DNA of 64,000 bases from NCBI GenBank assembly GCA_965216755.1, contig CBDCGL010000011.1:4000001-4064000 (forward strand), written 5' to 3'. Source of the stretch: Alphaproteobacteria bacterium. Lineage in GTDB: Bacteria > Pseudomonadota > Alphaproteobacteria > UBA7887. The notes below the pieces were generated by a model. It ran no database searches, was not told the origin of the DNA, and saw only the letters and a list, made by a program, of their open reading frames with translations. Of this stretch, positions 52,416-62,112 are shown in pieces; position 1 is the first letter of the stretch, and each line of letters starts with the position of its first letter. A program made the position numbers and the translations under genes.

Positions 52416-54230
52416 TTACGATAGCGGCTGTGTGGCCTGATGGAGCCAGGCGTCACAATCGGACTCCATGAGCGGTGAAAGCGTCGCGGCGACGTTGGCA
52501 TGATAGCTGTTCAGCCACGCAATTTCTCGATCGTTGAGTAGGCCACGATCAATAAGCCGGCGGTCGATTGGCGCCAAAGTCAACGTTTCAAAACCCAAAA
52601 GCTCTCGTTCGGCACCCTTCGGCGCGTCGCGGCGAGTCACCGCCACCAGATTCTCGATCCGAATGCCATACGCGCCGGTCTTGTAGTAGCCGGGTTCGTT
52701 CGATACGATCATGCCTGGTTGCAGCGGCGCGTCGCCGGCCCGTTTGCTGATTCGATGCGGTCCCTCGTGAACATTCAGATAGCTGCCGACGCCATGGCCG
52801 GTGCCATGATCGTAGTCGAGCCCCGCTTGCCACAGGGCCTGCCGCGCCAATACATCCAGCTGACCGCCCGTGGTGCCGACCGGAAAACACGCCGTCGCAA
52901 TCGCGATATGCCCCTTTAACACGCGCGTAAAACGATCGCGCATTTCATCGCTGGGGTCGCCAATCACGACGGTGCGCGTGATGTCGGTGGTGCCATCACG
53001 ATATTGACCACCGGAATCGACCAAATACAGCGCACCGGGAACAAGTGGCCGGTTGCTTTCGGGTGTGACGCGATAATGTACGATGGCGCCGTTGGCACCT
53101 GCGCCGGAGATGGTCGGGAAACTGAGGCCGGTGAGATGTTCGCCGTCGCGGCGAAAGGCTTCGAGACGGTCGGCGGCGTCGATTTCCGTGATCGCGCCGT
53201 CGATCGCTTCCCGATCGAGCCAATGGAGGAACCGTGTCACTGCCACGCCATCGCGACGGTGGGCGGCGCGCATGCCATTCAGTTCAACGTCGTTTTTTAT
53301 CGACTTGGGCGTCAAGCACGGGTCGGCCCGTTCATCGATTTTGGCACCTGCCGCCGCGAGGCGCCGAAAAACAACGTCGGGCGTCGTGTGTGGGTCGACG
53401 CGTACGCGCGTCTTCACCAGCGCGTCGAGTGCGGCGCCAAAAGCCTCTGGTGGTGCAATCGAGACCGCGTTGCCGAGATGGGCGCGCAGCTCTGCGTCGA
53501 CTTTTTGGTCGTCGATGAAAAGATCGGCGTGCCCGTTCTTGTGCAAAATAGCGGTCGCCAGCGCGACAGGCGTATAGGGCAGATCGCCGCCTCTCATGTT
53601 CAAAAGCCAGGCGACGGAATCCGTGGCTGTAATGACCGCGGCATCGATCTGTGATTTGGCGAGTTCGTTGGCCAAGTCCGCGCGCTTGTCGGCGGCATCG
53701 CGACCCGTGAAGGCAAGCAGGTGCGCCACGGCGGGCGCCGTTGGCGGCGGCGGACGGTCGTGCCATAGACGGTCGATCGGATTTTCGGCCAGCGCGACCA
53801 TATTGCCGCCGGCCTTCCTTGTCGCGCTCTCAAAGCGGTCGGCCGCGGTGTGGCTATGCAAGCGCGGATCAAAACCGAGTGCCGCGCCCTTAGGCAAATT
53901 GGCCGCGATCCAGCGATCAGGGGGCTGGTCTGTGATCGACAAGACGGAGAACGTCGCGGAATCGACCTCGTCGCCAGCTTGTAGCGTATAGCGGCCGTCG
54001 ACGAACAGAACCGCCTGTTCCGCGAGGACGACAGCAAGCCCGGCCGAGCCCGTAAAGCCGGTCAGCCAGGCCAAGCGTTCGGCGCACGACGGCACATATT
54101 CACCCAGATACTCGTCGGCGCGCGGCACGATCAGACCGTCGCAGCCCTGTTGCGCCAGGGCCGCACGGAGGTCGACAACGCGTGCCGCCGTGACGCTTTT
54201 TTTGGCCGAGGCTCTCGAGGGTTTGCTCAC
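52416..54230 (-). CDS. Xaa-Pro aminopeptidase (M24B)
   Basis: GFTGSAG, DGRY, DSGGQY.DGTTD, HGTGHGVG, HEGP, NEPGYY, GIRIEN; GTG at 54230 chosen. Confidence 0.93.
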   Translation of the reverse strand: MSKPSRASAKKSVTAARVVDLRAALAQQGCDGLIVPRADEYLGEYVPSCAERLAWLTGFTGSAGLAVVLAEQAVLFVDGRYTLQAGDEVDSATFSVLSITDQPPDRWIAANLPKGAALGFDPRLHSHTAADRFESATRKAGGNMVALAENPIDRLWHDRPPPPTAPAVAHLLAFTGRDAADKRADLANELAKSQIDAAVITATDSVAWLLNMRGGDLPYTPVALATAILHKNGHADLFIDDQKVDAELRAHLGNAVSIAPPEAFGAALDALVKTRVRVDPHTTPDVVFRRLAAAGAKIDERADPCLTPKSIKNDVELNGMRAAHRRDGVAVTRFLHWLDREAIDGAITEIDAADRLEAFRRDGEHLTGLSFPTISGAGANGAIVHYRVTPESNRPLVPGALYLVDSGGQYRDGTTDITRTVVIGDPSDEMRDRFTRVLKGHIAIATACFPVGTTGGQLDVLARQALWQAGLDYDHGTGHGVGSYLNVHEGPHRISKRAGDAPLQPGMIVSNEPGYYKTGAYGIRIENLVAVTRRDAPKGAERELLGFETLTLAPIDRRLIDRGLLNDREIAWLNSYHANVAATLSPLMESDCDAWLHQATQPLS

Positions 54231-54386
54231 TCTTTGTTTCAGTATTTTCGTGGGTTGGCGAGACGTCGCCAAGCTAGGCGGTTGCCCACGCGAAAACAAG
54301 TAGAGGGCGGTTTGAAAGCCGGATCCGCCAGTCTAGATCCCTAATGAAGTGCAATTTGCGCCAACGACAGCAGTGGAGCCATTCCG

Positions 54387-54566
54387 ATGGCAGTTGCGAT
54401 CCCTGACGCCGATTCCGCCATCAAAAACGGCGACCATGCAGCGGTTCTTGAACGCTATGGTCGCAGTCTGCATGCGCGCGCCATGGCCGACATTTTGAAA
54501 GTGCTTTCGTCGCTAGTTGGCGACCGCCTTTCGCCGGCCGATGAGGCGCCGGCGGAGGACAAGTAA
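54387..54566 (+). CDS. small hypothetical protein (59 aa), absent from the ORF track
   Basis: MAVAIPDADSAIKNGDHAAVLERYGRSLHARAMADILKVLSSLVGDRLSPADEAPAEDK*, GGAG 8 nt before the ATG; occupies the otherwise empty region divergent from the aminopeptidase. Confidence 0.55.
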   Translation: MAVAIPDADSAIKNGDHAAVLERYGRSLHARAMADILKVLSSLVGDRLSPADEAPAEDK

Positions 54567-55435
54567 CGCCAGCGCCCGCGGGGTCTGGTCATCACCAGCG
54601 TGGGCCAATCACTGTCGCGACAATGGGCGACGAGTCGCAGTCCGGCGGCGCGTTGGGCGTTGCGCACCCAGTATTCTTGACTACGCAGAAGTCCCGCTAG
54701 TACCACGATACCGCCGGGTGCCAGGGCGCGGGCGATCTGCGGCGCCATGTCGACCAACGGACTGGCAAGGATATTGGCGGTGATCAATTCGAATGGGCCG
54801 GTTGACGCGATCGCGTGCGCGCGAAAACCCATGCCGTACAAGACACGAACCTGCGCGCCAAGGCGATTGGCGATGATAGTTTGTCGGGCGACGTCAACCG
54901 CGGCCCGATCATTGTCGACCGCGAGAACCCGCGCGGGCCACAATCTGGCTATGGCCATCGCTAGAATTCCGGTGCCGGTGCCCATGTCGAGCGCGCGTCG
55001 CACCCGATGATGGCGCGCCAGCCGGGTTAATGCGATTAGGCAGCCGCGCGTGGTTTCATGATGGCCCGTGCCGAACGCGCGACCGGCGTTGACAAGCAAG
55101 TTTCGGCGACCCGCGCCGACCCGCGCCGGCAAATGCGCGCCGCGGATGCGCAGTCCGCCGACCGAGACTTCGTCGAGCCCAACGAGACCGTTGGCGATCC
55201 AGTCGCGCTGGGCCAGCCGGTTTATGGTCGTGGCCACAGGCCAGCAGTCTGCTGCGCGGGCGGCGATTTCGATTTTGGCTCTGACGTCGGCCTTGTGCGC
55301 GGACGCGCCGAACAGAGCCGTAATACGCCGCGTTGAGCCGCCCATATGGATCGAAATTGCCTGGGCGGCATGCTCCAGGGCCCGTGAAAATGCTTCTGCC
55401 GTATCGGCCGGCACATCGACAATCGCTTGCCACAT
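54455..55435 (-). CDS. prmA: ribosomal protein L11 methyltransferase
   Basis: DW motif, AFGTGHHETT, LDMGTGTGILA, ANILA.PL; low-complexity C-terminal tail. Confidence 0.85.
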   Translation of the reverse strand: MWQAIVDVPADTAEAFSRALEHAAQAISIHMGGSTRRITALFGASAHKADVRAKIEIAARAADCWPVATTINRLAQRDWIANGLVGLDEVSVGGLRIRGAHLPARVGAGRRNLLVNAGRAFGTGHHETTRGCLIALTRLARHHRVRRALDMGTGTGILAMAIARLWPARVLAVDNDRAAVDVARQTIIANRLGAQVRVLYGMGFRAHAIASTGPFELITANILASPLVDMAPQIARALAPGGIVVLAGLLRSQEYWVRNAQRAAGLRLVAHCRDSDWPTLVMTRPRGRWRYLSSAGASSAGERRSPTSDESTFKMSAMARACRLRP

Positions 55436-55548
55436 GACCGGACCATGATGGCGCCGCAGTACGATTGCAAAATGTTTGTTGCTTCGGTCTGGTCGCCATT
55501 GCCTTTAAACTGGTGGCCGACAATGATAGCGGGTGTGGGGAGATTTGA

Positions 55549-56667
55549 GTGATGGCGGCCGATCTGGGGGAAGCGACACGAACGGCGTTCGATGACAGCG
55601 CATTGCAGCGGCTGGGCATTCGAATTCCGATCATCCAGGCGCCGATGGCCAGCGCGTCTTCGCCCGGGATGGTAATCCGTGTGTCCAACGCGGGTGGTCT
55701 TGGATCTTTGGGCGCGGCCTATCTGCGGCCGGAGCGTATTCAGGCCGCAATTCGCGCCATTCGCGCCGGCACCGACCAATCATTCGCTGTCAATTTGTTT
55801 GTGCCCGACCAGACCGTGTTCTCAGAGGTCGAACTGGCGGCGGCCAATCGCGCGTTGCAGCCGGTGCGCGACGCCTTGGGCCTGTCAACGCCCGAGACCC
55901 CACCGGCGCCGCCCGACATGTTTTCCGAACAGGTCGATGTGATTGTCGAGGAACGCGTTCCCGTATTCAGTTTTCACCTGGGCGTTCCATCGTCCGAGGC
56001 GATGGGGCGGCTCAAGGATGCGGGCATCGTTGTCATTGGTTCGGCGACATCGGCGGCGGATGCGGAGGCCGTGGCGGCCGCGGGCGCTGACTATGTCGTG
56101 GCCCAGGGCGCCGAAGCGGGCGGGCATCAGGGCACGTTTGATGTTGCCGACGACCCGCCGATGACCGGGCTGATGGCGCTGTTGCCGCAAGTGGTCGACG
56201 CGGTAACGGTTCCTGTAATTGCCGCCGGCGGTATCATGGATGGGCGCGGTATCGCTGCGGCTTTATGCCTGGGGGCGTGCGCGGCGCAAATGGGCACGGC
56301 GTTTCTTGCCGGCCCGGAAAGCGCGGCGCATCCCAGTCAAAAACAGATTCTGACCAATGCGACCAGCGACACGACACGCCTGACGCGGGCGTTCAGCGGT
56401 CGGCCGGCGCGCGGTATCGGCAACGACTTCATGGACATCGTCGATGGTCCCGAGGGCGCCATTTTACCGTTTCCCCATCAGAACGCGCTGACCCGTGATA
56501 TTCGCGATGCGGCGGCCGAACAGGATCGCCCCGAATATTTGTCGATGTGGGCGGGGCAAGGCGTGGCCCTGGCGCGCGATTTGCCGGCAGCTGAGTTGGT
56601 CACAACGTTGGTCCGCGAACTTGAAGAAGCCTTCGCCGCGACATTGCATTCAGGTGGACGATTGTGA
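55549..56667 (+). CDS. nitronate monooxygenase family flavoprotein
   Basis: PIIQAPM, GGLGSLG, QG.EAGGH.G, AAGGIMDGRG, QMGTAF, FSGRPARG, WAGQ. Confidence 0.9.
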   Translation: MMAADLGEATRTAFDDSALQRLGIRIPIIQAPMASASSPGMVIRVSNAGGLGSLGAAYLRPERIQAAIRAIRAGTDQSFAVNLFVPDQTVFSEVELAAANRALQPVRDALGLSTPETPPAPPDMFSEQVDVIVEERVPVFSFHLGVPSSEAMGRLKDAGIVVIGSATSAADAEAVAAAGADYVVAQGAEAGGHQGTFDVADDPPMTGLMALLPQVVDAVTVPVIAAGGIMDGRGIAAALCLGACAAQMGTAFLAGPESAAHPSQKQILTNATSDTTRLTRAFSGRPARGIGNDFMDIVDGPEGAILPFPHQNALTRDIRDAAAEQDRPEYLSMWAGQGVALARDLPAAELVTTLVRELEEAFAATLHSGGRL

Positions 56668-57644
56668 TGACACCCAACAAACGTAATGTGCTGATTTTGG
56701 GGCCGGTCCATCCGGCCGGCCCGGCCTTGCTGGCGGAACACGACGATATTGTCGTCGAGGACTTGCATCAGAATACGCCGGACATCGCGGCGCCATTGGC
56801 GCGCGCCGATGCACTGATTGTGCGGACCAGGTTGATCGACGCCGCTGCGATTGCCGCGGCGCCGCGTCTGCAAATTGTTGCCCGATATGGCGTCGGCTTC
56901 GACACGGTCGACGTACCGGCATTGACAGCACGAAAAATACCCCTGGCAACCGTTGGGGCAGCAAATTCGCCGGCGGTGGCGGAACATGCGCTGTTCTTGA
57001 TGCTGGCGGTCGCCAAGCAATGCGTCGTTCTGGATCGCGCGACCCGCACCGACGACTGGAAGGCGCGCGATACCGTGCTGCCCACCGAACTACTGGATAA
57101 GGACGTGCTGTTGGTCGGCCTCGGCCGTATCGGTATGCGCGTTGCCCAACTGTGCGTTGCGTTCGGGGCACGCGTCACGGTTTACGATCCGTTCGTGCCC
57201 GCGGCCGACATCGAAGCGGCCGGGTTCACACCCGCCGGGGCATTGGACACGGCATTGCCCGCGGCCGACATCATATCGCTGCATCTGCCGCTGAGCGATC
57301 AAACCAAGCATCTGGTCAATCGTGAGTCCTTGGCGGCCATGAAGCCGACGGCGCTGTTGATCAACACGGCGCGTGGCGGCTTGATTGATGAAGCGGCGCT
57401 GGTCGCCGCGCTGCGCGGTGGCGTCATTCGTGGCGCCGGCCTGGACGTGTTTGATCAGGAACCACCGCACGCCGACAATCCATTATTCCACCTCGATAAT
57501 GTCGTTCTCAGCCCGCACAATGCCGGCCTGACATCGGAATCGATCGCGCGCATGAGCGTGCAATGCGCCCGCAATGTGCTCGATGCGTTCGCCGGCACGC
57601 TCGATACGCGCATGGTCGTGAACCGGGAGGTTCTCGACGACTGA
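56667..57644 (+). CDS. D-isomer-specific 2-hydroxyacid dehydrogenase (PGDH-like, no ACT domain)
   Basis: GVGFD, VAEH, GLGRIG, INTARG, DVF..EP, SPH.AG. Confidence 0.9.
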   Translation: MTPNKRNVLILGPVHPAGPALLAEHDDIVVEDLHQNTPDIAAPLARADALIVRTRLIDAAAIAAAPRLQIVARYGVGFDTVDVPALTARKIPLATVGAANSPAVAEHALFLMLAVAKQCVVLDRATRTDDWKARDTVLPTELLDKDVLLVGLGRIGMRVAQLCVAFGARVTVYDPFVPAADIEAAGFTPAGALDTALPAADIISLHLPLSDQTKHLVNRESLAAMKPTALLINTARGGLIDEAALVAALRGGVIRGAGLDVFDQEPPHADNPLFHLDNVVLSPHNAGLTSESIARMSVQCARNVLDAFAGTLDTRMVVNREVLDD

Positions 57645-57699
57645 GACGTCGCCACCATGGCGGCTGTTCGGTCAGGCGGCGCGCCAAAGCGTTGTTGTT

Positions 57700-58236
57700 C
57701 TAGTCGTTGTAACAGAACTGGCAGAGCACGAATTCCGCGCTGGCAACCGTGACAACAACTTGGTCGATCTCGTCCGCAGTCCACTGAACCGTTTCAATTT
57801 GATTTGTCGCGGGGATTGTTTGCGTTCCTAAGTGACCCACTGGGTATTTGTAGAAATCGACTTGCGCGTCAGCCCCGCCCATGTTGACCGCTCTAAGGCT
57901 AACTTGACCATGACTATCTGCCATGTCGATGATCACTGTTCCGTTGCCAAAGACACCGAGCTGCAACTCAATGCCGCACATGCCCGGGACGTATGAGTCG
58001 ATTTCGCCGAACGGGAACGCGCGAAACGTGACATTCGGGTCTTGATCGAAGAAGACCTGCCGCATGCCTGCGACAATCGGCACCTTGGCCGGATACTTCA
58101 TTGGGTCGGTCACCTCGCCTTCGAAGCCGACGCATTCGTCGGCCATTGCAGCTGAGGCCGCTAGGACTGCGCTGACGCCAAGTCCGGAAAGAACCAGAAA
58201 CGACACAGCCAGGGAACGTAAGGCGTATGGTTTCAT
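57700..58236 (-). CDS. hypothetical secreted protein
   Basis: ATG at 58236 after GAGGA; signal peptide ending AMA-DE; beta-rich composition, four Cys; no recognised family. Confidence 0.7.
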   Translation of the reverse strand: MKPYALRSLAVSFLVLSGLGVSAVLAASAAMADECVGFEGEVTDPMKYPAKVPIVAGMRQVFFDQDPNVTFRAFPFGEIDSYVPGMCGIELQLGVFGNGTVIIDMADSHGQVSLRAVNMGGADAQVDFYKYPVGHLGTQTIPATNQIETVQWTADEIDQVVVTVASAEFVLCQFCYND

Positions 58237-58659
58237 TCTCTGTTCCTCTTTCAATTTGACGTATTCATATCGATGACTTTGTTTGCGTGCTCTCATAATC
58301 GCGTAGAGATTGCATTGTACGTAATGTTCCTCGAAGTTTGAGTGTTAAAGCGTATTCGTTTTTGCTAATGCGTGTAAATACAGGCCATTTTGGGACAAAG
58401 TAGATTTGGGTCCAATACCAAATCGCGCGATACGTATCGACCTTTGCGATTTGACGAAGCAAGTCCCTGTATCTTGAGCGTTAAGTGATAGGGGTTGGAT
58501 CGGTCTCGCATTTGCGAGATGCAATCGAGACAATCTTGTAAAGGCGGGGTCGGGTCACGGAGCTCGTTTGATTGTATGTTTCACGTCAACGCGAACGTCC
58601 GGTACCGGGATCGAGCGCATTTCACGCTCATATGTGATTGCGCGCCATGCTCTATCTTT

Positions 58660-58673
58660 TTGATATCGATCAA
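58660..58673. promoter_or_regulatory. FNR/FixK-type box
   Basis: TTGAT-ATCG-ATCAA, a perfect TTGAT-N4-ATCAA in an AT-rich intergenic region. Confidence 0.65.
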
Positions 58674-58809
58674 CTTATCTTCGTTCAAACATTTCCGTTT
58701 GAACGAAGGTTGATCTAGGTGTCGGCTATGCGAGCCGCAGTGCGTTTGGCCGCAATTTCAAAGAGATGTTTGCCGCCAGCCCGGCCGAATATCGCGCCAG
58801 GTGTCGGGC

Positions 58810-59232
58810 TTAACCCGCTGTCTTGAGGTAAGCGATAATCGCCTGGCGCTTGGCCGCGTCCGGTTGCCTGTAGATCATGAAACTACCCGGGATCGCGGCT
58901 TGCGTGTCTTCGATCATTCGATCGAGATTGGCTTCGTCCCAAATGATTCCTCGCGTCGCCTCAAGAAATGACTCCGAGTAAAGAAACGCGCTGACCGCCG
59001 CCGCCGGTCGACCGACGATACCGCGTAACGGTGGCCCCCAAACAACCATCATGACCGGAATCGGCGCCATGCGGCCCGATGTTTCGTTCTCTATGCCGAA
59101 ATGGCAGTGGTTACATTCGCGCCCATACAAATCGCGACCCGTCTCGACGCGGTCGATATCTTCAGCCAGTGCACAAAGCGGACCAGCGTGAATTGCGACG
59201 GGAACAACAAGAAGGCGCAGCAGTCGTCTCAT
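58810..59232 (-). CDS. c-type cytochrome (cytochrome c2-like)
   Basis: Signal peptide, CNHCH, GPPL.G..GR, YS, W....L, PGS.M. Confidence 0.85.
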   Translation of the reverse strand: MRRLLRLLVVPVAIHAGPLCALAEDIDRVETGRDLYGRECNHCHFGIENETSGRMAPIPVMMVVWGPPLRGIVGRPAAAVSAFLYSESFLEATRGIIWDEANLDRMIEDTQAAIPGSFMIYRQPDAAKRQAIIAYLKTAG

Positions 59233-59252
59233 GGTGGTTCACTCACCCTGGT

Positions 59253-61523
59253 TCACGTCAGTTCGACAAAGCTGTCGATAACTTTCTTGGTGCCAGCTTT
59301 GTCGAACGCGATTTCCAGTTTGTTGCCGTCGACCGCTTGAACGCGCCCATAACCAAATTTTTGATGAAATACACGGACCCCGACCTGAATCGCGCCCGGC
59401 GGATGGCTTCGTGTTTCGGCGACCACCGATTGGCTGCCCATGGTTTTTGCGTAGCGATGAAAATTGCTGCGCCGGGGCCCCATATTCGGGCGCACAACGC
59501 CATCCAAGCCAGCGCTGAGAATGGGCTCTGGCACGGCGGCTGCGTAGGCGCCGAGGTCCGATTCTTGTGTGACGTGGTCGGGCGGCAGCTCCTTAACGAA
59601 TCGCGATGGCAGTTGCGACATCCATTGACCATACATACTGCGATTGGCGGCGTACAAAATGGTCACACGCTTGCGTGCCCGGGTGATACCGACATACGCC
59701 AGCCGTCGTTCTTCCTCCAGCGCCTTCAAGCCGCCGTCATCAAGGGCCCGTTGATGAGGAAACAGGCCTTCCTCCCAGCCCGGCAAAAAGACATTGTCGA
59801 ACTCCAGGCCCTTGGCGGCATGCAAAGTCATGATATTGGCCATATCGCCGTCGACATTGTCGGCGTTGTCCATGACCAGGCTGACATGCTCCAAGAATTC
59901 CTCGAGAGATTCGAACTCCTCCAAAGCTGCGGCCAGCTCCTTGAGGTTTTCCAGCCGTCCCGGCGCTTCCACTGACCGGTCTTGCTGCCACATTTCGGTA
60001 TAGCCGGATTCGTCCAAGACCTGGCGGGCCAAATCAGCGACCGGGGTTGCGTCGGCCAATGAACGCCAGCGATCGAACGACACCAAAAGGTCGGTCAGGG
60101 CGCGGCGCGCTTTGCCACGCAGCTCGTCCGAACCGACCAATTCTGCGGCGGCCCGGGTCAACGGAATCTGTTGTGCACGGGCCAGTCGATTGACCGTTTG
60201 CAAGCTGGCCTCGCCGATACCGCGCTTCGGCTTGTTGATGATTCGCTCAAAAGCCAAATCGTCCGCCGGCTGGCTGACGACACGCAAATAGGCGATCGCG
60301 TCGCGGATCTCCAAGCGCTCGTAGAACCGAAGTCCGCCGATCACCCGATAGGGCAAACCAATCTGCAGAAACCGTTCCTCGAATGCGCGGGTCTGAAAGC
60401 CAGCGCGCACCAACACCGCGCACTTCGACAGCGCCTCGCGCGCCCTTTGCAACGCTTCGATCTCGTCGCCGACGACACGCGCTTCCTCCTCGCCGTCCCA
60501 CACGCCGCGGACCGAGACCTTTTCGCCATGGGCATTGCTGTCGGTCCATAGAGTCTTGCCGAGACGGCCCTGATTGTGGGCAATCAATCCAGATGCGGCG
60601 CCTAGAATATGTGGCGTCGAACGGTAATTCCGCTCCAAGCGAATCACCTGGGCGCCGGGAAAGTCTTGCTCAAACTTCAAGATATTGCCGACTTCGGCGC
60701 CGCGCCACGCATAGATGGATTGGTCATCATCGCCGACGCAACAAATATTGCGATGGCTCTGGGCAAGCAGACGCAGCCACAGATATTGCGCGACGTTGGT
60801 GTCTTGGTATTCGTCGACCAGAATGTATTTGAAGCGCTGCTGATAGTCGCGCAAGACGTCGGGTTGGTTCTGAAAGACAGTCAGATTGTGCAACAGCAGA
60901 TCACCGAAATCAGCGGCATTCAATGTGACCAGCCGCTCTTGATATTCGGCATATAGTTTGGCCGCGCGACCGTCTGCATAGTCGACCCCATCGGCATTGG
61001 CGAGTTTCTCGGGCGTCAGACCGCGATCCTTCCAACGATCAATGATGCTGTTCAGCACCCGGGCCGGCCATTTCTTGTCGTCGATGTCGTGGGCGGCCAA
61101 AATCTGCTTCAACAGCCGAATCTGATCGTCCGTATCAAGAATGGTGAACGTGGATTTGAGGCCGACAATCTCGGCGTGGCGCCGCAAAATGCGCGCCGCC
61201 ATGGCGTGGAACGTGCCCAGGAACCAACCCTCGACCGAGCGCCCGATAAGTTGCTCCACCCTGTATTTCATTTCCCGCGCCGCCTTGTTGGTAAAGGTGA
61301 CGGTCAGTGTTTCCGCGGGATATGCGAGATTTTGATTGAGGATATGGCTAAGCCGCGTGGTCAGTACGCGGGTCTTGCCGGTACCGGCGCCCGCCAGAAT
61401 CAAAACCGGGCCGTCGGTGGCTTCGACGGCGGCGCGCTGCTCGTCGTTGAGTGATTCGATGTAGGGCGGCGTCGCGGCTGGTGCGGGTGCCGCAAAGCCG
61501 TTCAGGTCAAAGGGATCGGACAT
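59253..61523 (-). CDS. uvrD: UvrD/PcrA DNA helicase
   Basis: AGAGTGKT, TFTNKAA, DEYQDTN, VGDDDQSIY, NYRS, TLHAAKGLEF, EERRL.YV..TRA, C-terminal Tudor-like domain; ATG at 61523. Confidence 0.95.
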   Translation of the reverse strand: MSDPFDLNGFAAPAPAATPPYIESLNDEQRAAVEATDGPVLILAGAGTGKTRVLTTRLSHILNQNLAYPAETLTVTFTNKAAREMKYRVEQLIGRSVEGWFLGTFHAMAARILRRHAEIVGLKSTFTILDTDDQIRLLKQILAAHDIDDKKWPARVLNSIIDRWKDRGLTPEKLANADGVDYADGRAAKLYAEYQERLVTLNAADFGDLLLHNLTVFQNQPDVLRDYQQRFKYILVDEYQDTNVAQYLWLRLLAQSHRNICCVGDDDQSIYAWRGAEVGNILKFEQDFPGAQVIRLERNYRSTPHILGAASGLIAHNQGRLGKTLWTDSNAHGEKVSVRGVWDGEEEARVVGDEIEALQRAREALSKCAVLVRAGFQTRAFEERFLQIGLPYRVIGGLRFYERLEIRDAIAYLRVVSQPADDLAFERIINKPKRGIGEASLQTVNRLARAQQIPLTRAAAELVGSDELRGKARRALTDLLVSFDRWRSLADATPVADLARQVLDESGYTEMWQQDRSVEAPGRLENLKELAAALEEFESLEEFLEHVSLVMDNADNVDGDMANIMTLHAAKGLEFDNVFLPGWEEGLFPHQRALDDGGLKALEEERRLAYVGITRARKRVTILYAANRSMYGQWMSQLPSRFVKELPPDHVTQESDLGAYAAAVPEPILSAGLDGVVRPNMGPRRSNFHRYAKTMGSQSVVAETRSHPPGAIQVGVRVFHQKFGYGRVQAVDGNKLEIAFDKAGTKKVIDSFVELT

Positions 61524-61632
61524 GGCTGCGCCGACTATATAGGAGCGCGTGGCCGCGCGCATCAGAGGGCTTCTGGCTTTCACCGCAAACACTGGCGCGG
61601 GCGGGATGCGGCCTCCACAAGAACGTGGCTGG

Positions 61633-61923
61633 TTAGGCGATATCGACGGTCACGGGAAAGTGGACCGAGGCTTCAAAAAGGTCTGCCTTCAATGGTTTCG
61701 CTGCCGCGTTTTGGTATGGGTTCCACACTTGGGCCGGCGTGTTGCCGGTTGTGGTGGTGGTATTGGGCGCCTCGGTGATGCCGATGAGATCGGGATCCAC
61801 GGCCGCAATGACCGCGGCCACGGCATCAATTTGCTTTGTCGCGTCGGGGCTTGACCCCAAGCTGTTGTCCGGCTCGAAAGCGTCAGTGAACCATTTGATA
61901 TTGTATGTCATCAGGCGAGCCAT
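61633..61923 (-). pseudogene. endonuclease/exonuclease/phosphatase (EEP) gene remnant with a large internal deletion
   Basis: N-terminal RLMTYNI...DPDLIGITE joined directly to the C-terminal AS(V)HFPV.VD motif within 96 aa. Confidence 0.7.
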
Positions 61924-62112
61924 CGGCGTGCCTCCAAGTCCTGAACCGCAACCACAGGTTACAGGATTTGCCGTTTCATCATAGTGACTGCCGCTGTTCC
62001 TATGCTACTGACTGTGTCCTTAGGGCAGTTGCTTTTTTCTCGTCGCCGGCCCGGTTCGAGTCTGTTGGTGCCCGCGCACGGGCGGGTCTTACAAAGTTTG
62101 TGGAGTGCACGA

